Shown here: in pieces, positions 39,201 to 51,200 of the stretch
How the letters are laid out: each line of letters begins with the position of its first letter
Numbering within the stretch: position 1 is the stretch's first letter
The notes under the pieces: generated by a model
What the model was told of the DNA's origin: nothing
Seen by the model: only the letters and a program-made list of their open reading frames with translations
The model's database searches: none
Origin: Antedon mediterranea
Lineage: Eukaryota; Animalia; Echinodermata
Assembly (NCBI RefSeq): GCF_964355755.1
Contig: NC_092676.1
Location: forward strand, 27,236,871 to 27,300,870
Direction of reading: 5' to 3'
Length of the DNA: 64,000 nt
Position numbers and translations under genes: made by a program

Positions 39201-42200
39201 AGGCTGCCTTCACATTTAAGCTTCGTTCTCACTAGACACTATGTAAGGATGTAAACACAATACAAGCGTGCTGACCAATCACAAGCGACAGTTCTAACAA
39301 TCCACCGCTATTCAGTTCTCTCAATACTATTTTAAGTATTGCCTTATTTGTTTTTAGACACGCCGTAAGAGCTCTGGAGTGTTTGCTGGTAAACATGGGT
39401 ACATCACGTTAAGAGATTTGTTCCGGTGGGCTGAGCGATATAGAAAAGCAAGCGCAGATGATTCGGGCTTCCGTGATTGGGATCAACATCTGGCAGACAA
39501 TGGTTAGTAACTCGTATGTGTATAAAAAACTTTGCAGCTTACCCATTGTGATTTAGACCTAATTATTAGCACCAAAAGAAAAGTATTGAATGTTTGCATC
39601 TTTTATGTTTTAGGGTACATGTTGCTGGCTGGTAGAGTACGTCGTGCAGAAGAAAGGCTAGTTATCCAAGAAGTTATCGAAAAGCACATGAAACGTAAAG
39701 TCGCGCCAGCTAATCTGTACACGTTGTCCGAGAATACTTCATGCGTAACACGGTCCGTGTTGGATCAAGTAACAAGACAAACCGCAGAAGGGTTTTCACA
39801 CCTTGTGTGGACTTACAGTATGAGACGGCTTGCGGTGTTGGTTGGACAGGCGCTTGAATTTGGTGAACCTGTGCTGTTAGTGGGAGAGACTGGGTAAGAT
39901 GACAACATTCAGTTTGTCCTAATATATGCAATCTTGTAGATAAGAATTTGTGGCATTTCTGAATTATGTCTAATTTCGGGATAACCTCCATGTAAAGTTT
40001 CAATGCATATATAATAATATAATAATTATTCTAATTAATAATGATAAATACTGTGTAGTTACAGAATGAATTGTTTGCTTCATTTCAGATGCGGAAAGAC
40101 CACAATTTGCCAGCTGTTTGCTGCCCTCTCACAACAATCTCTTTATACCGTCAATTGCCACCTGCACACTGAATCGTCAGATTTTCTTGGAGGTCTGCGA
40201 CCTGTTAGACATCATGACGATACAGATGCAAGTAGTTCTCATTAGTAGCTTAAACATCTCACTTTTATCATAACAAGATTGTTGATTAGAATCTATATTT
40301 AAGTTATTGCTCTCTCAATATTAAATCATATTTTGCCTTTATAGGACAATAAGAAAAAACTTTTCGAATGGCGAGATGGGCCTTTAGTACTGGCCATGAG
40401 AGAGGGCGCTGCTTTTCTAATTGACGAGATATCATTAGCCGATGACTCGGTTCTAGAACGTTTGAACAGTGTTCTGGAAATTGGAAGGTCTCTGCTATTG
40501 GCTGAGAAAGGCAGTGGTGAAAAGTTTACAGATGAGACAGAGTTGATTAAAGCTGACGAGGGATTCCATGTGTTTGCAACGATGAACCCTGGAGGTGATT
40601 TTGGCAAGAAAGAGGTAAAATAATTGTTACATTACTGTTTAATTAATTTTACTTGTTGTATAATCTTGGAAATGATGATTGGATATTCGCGCTTCGTATG
40701 AAATTCAGTGATTTTAATATCCTTATTATTTCTTCACTACTTTTTCTGATCCAAGATTGTACTTCTATAAATAAAAGTGTCCTTAAACAATGGCTGAATC
40801 CTCAAAATTTGCATGATATGTAAACATATTAAATATGTTTTCTTTTTATACTTGAAGCTTTCACCAGCCTTGAGAAATCGCTTTACTGAAATCTGGTGCC
40901 CTCAACCAAAGGACCGTAATGATCTTGTCCAAATCATTGAGCACAACATCAGTGATGGAGTTCAGCTTGGCAACCAGGAAGATGGAGCAAGCGGAATTGG
41001 GAAAGGGATTATGACGTTCTTGGATTGGTTTACAAACACAGAAGCGGGGAAAAAGTAAGAGAAACTATAATTTGCAACATTTAATTTAATAAATGAACAT
41101 GGTAAATGAATAAACTTATTGAAATGATCATGTGTTGTATTGTTTTAGGTGTACTGTTAGTATACGCGACATCTTATCATGGGTCAATTTTGTTAATGTA
41201 AGCTGCAATACAGGGACTGCAAGACCTTTAGAAGCTCCAGATGCCTTTATTCATGGGGCATGCTTGGTGTTTCTAGACAGCCTAGGATCTGGTAAGTGAT
41301 TTGCTGAAGAAGACATAAAATCATTTCATTGCTACTCTTACTGAACTTGTAAATTGGCTTTTTTCAACCGAAGCTTCTTGCAATTTTAAATTGTTTTTTT
41401 CTTATAATTGGTATGTTTCAATATTTTTTGTAATACTAGTATAATTTATTCTTTAAGAACCTTGTTTAATTTTTAGGTACTAGTCTAGGGAGTGGAGTTT
41501 CTCTGAATGATTCTTATAATACATCACTGGTATTTCTTCAAAATGTGGTAGAGAAGCTATCAGGGTACCATGTGGATATATCAAGCTTGCTGATTGGTCC
41601 ACAGATTGGTCAGCTTAGAAATCCTATTACAGAAACTGTAGATATGTTTGGGATTGAACCATTCTACATTCACAAAGGTATGTGTTTAAACCATGTATTT
41701 CTAGAAAATGTATTATAAAAATTAATGATTTATGTAATGGTATTTGTTCTATGTACATTAAAATGTACAGTACATACTCCCAATACCGGACTCTCTGAAA
41801 ACTGGAAACTCTAAAAATTGTTCTTGAGGTCCAAACGATCCCAAATTAATTTTTACCATTAAAAACAGGGAAAATGTCACTGTGGTCATGTTACAAGAGT
41901 TGTCAAAAACAATTTGACAATATAGTCTATCTGATAATCTACTAGAAAGTAGGAGGCCTTTTGCCATTTTTCCCCTGACTGAAACACATTTGGAAGAACA
42001 TACTTTCTGGAAAACCAAACATATTTGGCCACCACAAGGCTGTCTGGTATTGGTAGAGTTGACTGTATTTTATTTTAAATTCTAGGACCTTTGATGATAG
42101 CCGGAAGCACGACTAGCTATGCCTTGCATGCTCCAACCACATCTCTGAATGCTGAGAGAGTCTTACGAGCCTTGCAGCTGCCTAAGGCTATCCTTCTGGA

Positions 42201-45200
42201 AGGTTCTCCGGGTGTTGGCAAGACCAGCTTGGTGTCTGCGTTAGCAAGAGCATCGGGACATCAGTTGGTCCGCATCAACTTATCGGAACAGACAGTAAGT
42301 TATATTCACCATTCATCATACATTAAAGGGAAACACTTGCACTTAAAATTTAAAAAAACTCTTTAAGTGAATACTAAGGGAAATACTTAAATATTTATTT
42401 ATTGAGTTAAGTGAAATACTTAAATATGTATTGAGTTAAGTGAAATACTTAATATATTATTTGTGTTTAGGACGTTACAGATTTATTTGGCGCTGATCTG
42501 CCGGTGGAAGGTGGCGAGGGCGGTCAGTTTGCGTGGCGTGATGGTCCCCTACTTAGCGCACTCAAGTCCGGACATTGGATTGTCCTGGATGAAGTAAGTC
42601 ATGTGATATTAATTAAAATTTTGATAAATGTTTCTTGGATAGGATGATATAATTGACCTGAAATTCATTAAGTTTATTCTTACTGAATTATGTAGTTTTT
42701 GGTTTAGTTTCTGATCCGAGAGAAAAATAATAAAACATTTATGTTTAAATATTATAGCATTGTGCCTCCAATTATTCTCTACTCGCTTCCCTTTAAAATT
42801 AATATAGTGTATAATAAATGTTGTGTTAATCTTTTACTTATAGTTAAATTTAGCATCACAGTCAATCCTGGAAGGCCTAAATGCTTGTCTTGATCACAGA
42901 GCAGAAGTTGTGGTTCCAGAGCTTGGCATGTCTTTCAGTGTTAGACCAGAGACCAGACTGTTTGCCTGTCAGAATCCACTGGTGCAGGGTGGTGGACGCA
43001 AAGGACTGCCAAAGTCATTTCTTAACAGATTTACCCAGGTAAGAAGAGTTGTGTATTTCAAAAATGTTGAGGACGTTTGTAATATGTTTTTGATAAATTG
43101 TAACAACCAAACCATTATAAAAGCTCTGTCTACACTATCAAACTACTGATATGCCCAAATATGGTAGTGATATGACATCTAATGATGTCCATATATGGGC
43201 ACATCACATTTTTTGGACCACATCAAGTTTGATAGTGTAGACAGAGCTTAATACTTTGTGGATATTTTAATTGTTTTGTTTTACTATAAATGGTTTTTTT
43301 TTTACATTTTTTTTTTCAGGTGTACATTGAACCTTTGACCTCCATGGACTTGCTCTTCATATCCTCTACTATGTATCCTCAAATACCAACCAATTGTTTG
43401 GAGAAGATGGTACAATTTAGTAATTTGGTAAGTTTGATTTCCCTGTGTGTTTATATAAAAATGATGATAAAGTCAAACTGAAATTCAATTTATTGGATTT
43501 GTGTGGTTTGGTTTAGTTTCTGATACAAAGCATTACTCAAAAATTAAGTTCAATTCGGTTTTAAGAGAGTTGACTATAGTGATTATTTAGTGATTATTTT
43601 GATTTTAACCTTTTTAAAACAGATTTACCAGCAGACCATGATAGATCGTGAGTGGGGTCAGCGTGGTGGGCCGTGGGAGTTTAATCTTCGTGATCTGTTT
43701 CGTTGGTGTGACCTCATGGTGAAAGATCATGTATTTAATCCAGGCCAACATATCTCGCTTATTTACTCGGATAGGCTACGAACGTCTGACGACAGAAGAA
43801 AGGTATGATAAAAAAAAATAACAGTAAATATACTAAAAACAACTGTTGCCCAGGTATTATAAAAATGTTTTAAGACTTTTGAATGCATGTTTTAAAAGTA
43901 TTTATTATTATTTATTAGGTTAAGAAGCTTTTTGAAGAACTGTTTGTGATTGGCCCTGAAAAACATGGCCACACCTACTTCTATGAATATTCAAGAAAGT
44001 TTCACATTACACCAAATACTGTACAGGTAAGGTGCTAGCATTTCTAAATGGACAAATTTTGTAATGTTTACGCTCGTAAATTATTTGAATTAAGACGCTT
44101 CTGGATCTTATGGAAAATTGATAATCTTTCGTTTGATTTAAACTTTTATTATCAATGTGTTAATTGTTTAGGTTGGTAATTCCGTTTTACCCCGAGGATC
44201 TACAGGACAACAACCAGTTAACTCTTTGACATCGCCAGTATTTCTTCTGCATCATGGTATGGATGCCCTTGAAGGAGTCATGAAATGTGTACAGATGAAC
44301 TGGATGGCCATTCTGGTAAGGTTACCTCTTCTGCAACTATCTTACAATTGTATACTATTGAAAGCAAACAGATTTGCAATTGCTTAGTAAGCATCAAACT
44401 TTATGCGACAAAAAATGTGATGTGCCCATATATGAACATGATGGTGTCATATCACTACCATATTTAAGCATATTACTACCATATTTGGGCACATCACGTT
44501 TTTTTGTCGCATAAAGTTTAATAGTGTAGACAGAGCATTATAAACTGTTAAATTTGTGCAATCCCTTATATTTCACCAGGTTGGACCAAAGTCCAGTGGT
44601 AAGACGTCATTGGTTCAGAGTATAGCAAGACTAACAGGGAACAAACTGCAACTACTGGCTATGAACAGTGCTATGGATACAACGGAACTATTAGGAGGGT
44701 TTGAACAGGTATGTATATGTTATATGTACTGCTAAACTAAAGCCTTGTTCACACTGGCTTTATTTAACTAAAGCTTTGTTTGCACTGATTTTATTTAAAT
44801 AAAGACAGTGCAAACAAGGCTATTTAACTAAAGCCTTGTTCTCATTGGCTTTATTTAACTAAAGCCTTGTTCGCACTGGCTTTATTTAACTAGAGCCTTG
44901 TTCGCACTGGCTTTATTTAACTAGAGCCTTGTTCGCACTGACTTTACTTTATCTTCAGTCCATGGGCTCATTCAGGCTTAGTTATTTACACGAGTAAGTT
45001 GGTTTCATGGGACAGTTATTACTAACAGTGATAGGTATGAAACCAACTTAACCAGGTAAGTAACTAACATGTACCGGATTAAAAAACATTACAATTCCTT
45101 GCTTACGTCTTGCAGGCCGATTACAATCGTCATTGGGATGAGGTTTACAGTAATGTGAAAACGGTTGTACATGCTGCAGTACAATCCTTACTGATTTTAA

Positions 45201-48200
45201 AGAAGAATCAACAAGTGGAGAAAATGGCACATCAGTTGTTAAGTACTTGGTATGATATTCAAGCATCCAACAAAAAAGGTAAGTTTATAGGAATGCATTA
45301 AAGGTTTGAGTCTGTAAGGAATAACTTAGGTCAATGTAAAAAGTTTGTGGGTATTAGGCATAGTTTTTGTTAGTTACTTTAAAGACAATATTTGCTTAAG
45401 TTGGAATCCTTGTATACCCCGTGTAGACCAAGCTTTTGTTACTTGTTTCAATGTATATACTCTCTATTTTGAATTTCTATATAGAGTCTGCAAAAGGTCA
45501 GTTGTCGGTAAACCGTCTTCTAGCTTTAGAGAACGTCTTGTTGATGACCAAGAATATGTCAAGCAGTTTGAAGATAAACTTTACCTCAGGTAAGTCAAAC
45601 AAACAAATTTGACTTAAGTCATTCACACATAATTTAGTATGTTACATTATCAATTATAAATTATATTTTTTAACAGAGGTGGATTTGTCTGACCTGTTCA
45701 GCAATATTAATCATTTGAAGAGTAAATTCCAGCAAGCTGAAGGGTCAATGATGTCTGGTGGTGGAAAATTTGAGTGGATTGATGGAGTTTTGGTGAAATC
45801 ACTGATCCAAGGAGATTGGTTGCTTATAGATAATGTCAACTTCTGTAGGTAAGTCCTGTAGAAATGCCAGTCTATAATAGACCTTATGGTATATATGTAA
45901 TCGACCTGTTTTGTCTCTAAAGCTCTGTCTACACTATCAAACTTTATGTGACAACAAAATGTGATATGCCCATATATGGACATGATGATGTCATAGCATT
46001 ACCATATTTGAGCAAATCACTTCCATATTTCTTCCACATGGACAATTTTTAATTGGATATATTTTGTTTATTTTAGCCCATCTGTTCTTGATCGCCTCAA
46101 TGGCTTATTGGAACCAAATGGTGTTCTGAGCATCAGTGAAAGAGGAGTAATTGACGGCCAGGTTCCCACCATCAAACCACATCCAAACTTCAGGTAGGTA
46201 CTCCTAAATATGACACAGCATGAGTTATTTAGTAAAGTGTTTAAGCTGCTTTTATGCTGTATATTTGACCACATGTTAAAATATTGTGGCATTCTTTAGA
46301 AGAGACGTTAAGTTGTAAATCATATGTGCTTATAAAACCAATTAGCTGCTGTTGTGCTATATATTTGACCACATAGTCTTAAAATATTGTGGCATTCTTT
46401 AGATGAGACATTAAGTTGTAGGTCATGTGCTTATAAAACCAATCTACACAATTACACATTGCAATGTACATAAGCTAATAAATACTATTTATTGTTAATC
46501 AATTTTGCAGGTTGTTTCTTGCAATGGACCCAAAGCATGGCGAGATTTCACGAGCCATGAGGAATAGAGGTGTTGAGATATACATGTTGGGAGAGGTGAG
46601 TGTTAACAATATGGTTCACTATTAAGATTAATACCAAGTTGAAGGGAAATAAGTGGGGACAAAATGGGTACTCAGCAGTGTTCTAATATATGATATTTGT
46701 TGGAACTTATCAAATTTCTTTTGGTTTCAGAATGAAGGAGGAGAGTATACAAAAGCAGACTTGGTTACCATGCTACACGGAATTGGAATGACAGATGTGA
46801 AACTGGTTGAATTTCTGATCTCTACACATTCTGAAATGATAATCAAGGCATCTGGTAAGTTAGCTGTAAAAATCTTTCCGTACAAAAATACCATGAAACA
46901 AAGAAAGAAACGGGTTAAAATTTACAAAAATCAATAATAGTTTGTTTACTTTTTCTTGTAGGTTTTGTAGTGTACACAGTACTTGATTTGTTACATGCTG
47001 CCGCCCTCATTGTCCAGCAAGTTAACAGAGGATTAGGCTTGAATGCAGCTGTTCGTAATGCTTGTGTCGAGGTGTATGCACAGAGCCAGCTTTTGAATGC
47101 CAACAAACAGGTATATATTATCTAGTTGGACATTTTTACCAATAATTTTTTAAAAAATGAAGAAGACAATGAATATGACAAACCTATTTATGTTTCTTTA
47201 AATACCTCTCTAAATACATTGATTGTTTGATATAGTAGTAGAATAAATGAAAAATTTTGTCATATTTATTATTTCTTCCTACAGAACTCGCTTTCCATTC
47301 TTGAACTCTGTTTTAAAGAGTTGAGTCTGCTCATGGACGACACAGCCAGTGCAACCACCATCCAGCCACTTCTTAGTGTTCAAGAACTTAGTCTGAACTC
47401 AAGGCTTGGTATGATCAACATGCAATCTATGGCTCTTAGAACCATAATAAACCAATTGTCAAACAATGGAGAGCACTCAGAAGAATGGCACCTCTTGCAT
47501 CCAGCCATTCTAGTATTCTTGGAGCAGATAACTATTAATGATTGGCAACTGCGGAGCGATTGGCTGACATCTTTTTGGAATGCACATGAAGTGCTGTCGG
47601 ATAGAGCTGTAATGGACTCACCAGATGTCGTACAATGTATGCCAGCAATGGCATCAGAATGTCTCCAGAGGTTGCTTAGGAGTCCACTTGTGGAGAAGCA
47701 AAGACAACAGATGATAAAACTACAACAATTCTACACAGGTAAAGATGAACAATTTTTCAAAATATTTATTTTCAAATTTATTTAAAAAAAATAGAAATTA
47801 ATAGTTTTCCATACATTAAACAAAAATTTAATTAAATTTTTTTTAATTTTTAGATATGGCAGATTTAGCACTAGACTTGAACTGGCTTCCACATCAATTA
47901 CAAATGCTAAAGACAAAGATAAAACAAGATGAGACTGAATCCATGCAGGTGACCACAAGGGATTCTGAAGAGATAGACCTTACAATTTTTAATAGGTAAT
48001 GCATAGCTTTCTACTTGTACTAAATCATGTGCTTTTATAAGAGTTTCCAGTTTTTAGAGAGTAATATCAGAAAATAATGTTAAGCTTTTTATTACATAGG
48101 TTCAATGTATTGATGTTAAGAAGTCTAAAGCATTATGTTGAAGAAGACAGCTTTGATGGTGTCCACAATCGAACACAAGCAGCACGTACCCCTCTACAGT

Positions 48201-51200
48201 TCTCGTATGCTTTACACAAAGGTAGGTTTGTATATTAAAAATTTTAACTTCCAATAAGCAAATGAAAAATATGTAATGCTCTATCAGCGTTGGCCTAGCT
48301 TTGCGCCAAGTACAAATCAAATATGCATTGTGGCTGGTATGAGACTGGCGACTTTATAGGTGTTGTTGAATATTGGCACCATAGCTTTACATTCTTTTAT
48401 ATACCAGTCGTGTATTTCCTCATTGAGGAATATCTGATATTGTAAACATCATGATGAAGCATTTCTTGTACATATGGAGCAAATAAAGAATAAAAATGTT
48501 GTTTTTTTTTTTCTATTTCAGGCTTTCTGTCTGTGGATAACTTGCCACATCCATCCTTTGCACATCTTTATCCTTTACTTCAGGCCTGGGATGCCTATGT
48601 AGAGGCAAGGCTTATGGACACCACACATGCTCTTACAGAAGACCAGTTAGATGAGGTGGGTAGTTTTAGAAAGAGTCCCATCATGCATCACACTGCTAGA
48701 TCGGGCAAATCTGGTTTTTTTTTATTAAAGACCCCTTCCCTGCAATTTTGGACGTTTTTTGGAAAATAATACATATATATCACTTTAAAAACATTAAACC
48801 ATGTCATTCCTTGTCTTAAATGTACGTTTTATGGTAAATTATGATAAAAAGTGAGAAACAATGCACTACCTAAGTACCTCGCGGCGATCGACCTCTCGTG
48901 GACGGTCTTAGGCCTAGCCTAGCTAGGCTTGGTTTTGTAGGCCTAGCTGGTAAACATCGGTAACGTGCGAACATCGTACGCTAGCTATATACCTAGCCTG
49001 ACGTTGTATAGTTGCTGCATTAATTGTCTTTCTATTTTTGCCAGACTCCGTTGATACAAATTGGGGAAAACCCGGTATTTTCGCTGAAAAGTTAGGAGTC
49101 TTCCATTTGTTTTGGCCTCACGATCGATCGAAAAGTGGGCGAATTACAGGTGAAAAACAAAAATATCAATCCGCGCGCAATGCATTTTGGGATTTATAGC
49201 GGGCTGCTATAATTATTAAAATCGACTTATTTTTCACATTTTTAACCGTTTAAAGACGAAAAAAGTTATCGCAATAGGACCATATAGTATTATTTTTACA
49301 TTAAATATAGTTTGTGATCTTAAATTACATCTAAAAAACGTAGGGAATGGGGCTTTAACCTCTTAATTTAGGCATATTTGTAAAAAAAATTAGAACTGAA
49401 TAGTGAAACTGTGAAATGCATTTTTGTGTTTTGATAAATAGGTTCTCCAGCTCAAGATGGACCTGTATAAAAATAGTACATTCTGAAAAAATTGCGAATA
49501 AAGGATTTTTTACATTTTGGGGATAAATAAAATTAATAATTTAATTATTTTTCTTTTGTGTTAGGTTCTTGTTGCTGAGGAATGGAGAAATCGATTTTGG
49601 CAATGCAGTAACCAGATTTTAACAACCAATGACTCAAGTTGTTTAGAGAAGTTATCATTACATTGGAGTTGGATGTTAAGGAAAACATTCAGGACTGTAC
49701 CATTCACGTTGCAGGGGTCTAATCCAAGGTATGTTTAGTTATATTTTTAAAACTTATGTGTGCATTAGTTTATAGTTTTAGTGATTAGTTTTTGGAAATT
49801 AAATTTCATCTTCCTAGGCTTACAAAATGCTATGTAGGCTATTGGAATACAGATAACTGCTAGTTGTTTAAATGTAGTGTAAATATGATGCTCTCTAACC
49901 GAGAAATAAGTTTTAAACTTCTTGAGATGTGCATAGTCTTAGACTCTACATATGCCATTATTCCCAATATGGACACCTCTTGAAAGGAAAATGGAGTAGT
50001 TGGTTACCAGTTTTCAATTGTGATGGATGTAGGAGGACCAAAATGTTGCATTTTCACAAGTGGAATGTTTATTTTAAGGCCCTCTTGTTTACTTAAATTA
50101 TAAAGATTCTTCAAGCAAAGCTTATGAGAGCTCTTCATTTATAGGCTCACCAAAATGTTTCTCAAGTTGAAAGCTTATTTCAAGGCCCTCTTGCTTGTTT
50201 ACCTGGAAGGACTATAAAGATTCTTCAAGTCCCCTCATTTTTAGCTTTACCAACATTTTTTTTAATGGATTATACAGTTATTTATTTAAGTTTATACTAA
50301 TAATTGAAATAACAACAAAAATTGGTAGAAAGATCCAATCATTGAATGTATGACAAATGATTGTCTGAAAAGTTATGTTGTAAAAACATTAGGGCAGAAT
50401 TTGATACCTTGTGTAACAGAATTGATAATACGACAAAAAGTTCTTCTGGGAGATCCTAACGAAGGTTAGCAGCGTCTAAGTACTGTTTGTTTTACAACCA
50501 CTTTAATGTTTGGAATGTTTATGACTACAACCAACAACTGCCACCTTGATTTTCCTCTTTCTACACTATAAAACTTTATATGCCAAACAAATGTGATGTG
50601 ACATGTTGATGTCATAGCACTACCATATTTAAGCATAACACTACCATATTTGGGCACTTTTTTGTCACAAAGTTTGATAGTGTAGAGAGAGCTTTATAAC
50701 TTGAATCAAACATTACAGAATGTTTGATTGTTGCAACTTAACCCTGATTAAATGCTTTGTAATTAAGGGATGTATTGTGTTGCTATTTCTCTATTGTTCT
50801 TTGTTAATAGTGCATGATGTAAGGGCATTTTACACTTGTTAATGAATACACATTCTATGGTTTATTCAGGGTCATTTTACCTCCTTTGTTAAGTAAATGC
50901 AAATATTTATAATCTTTTTTAAACATTGGAAACTTGGAATCCAAATATACCCTGTTATCCAAACAAAAAATAGTAACTTGTTGTATGGTGTGTAATAGTA
51001 TTTTTAACACTTTGTTTCGTTTTGTAGAACTTTTTTATACTTTTTCACTTTCTAAAAAAAACTGAATATAGAATGAAAACAGGACCAACTCGGCGGAAAC
51101 ACACACATACAAAAAAAGCAGATTCTGCAATAAACAATTCAAGTAGCATTTGAGTACTGTAAATTGTTCTTAGTAATTTAAACATATCTTACTTCTTAAA

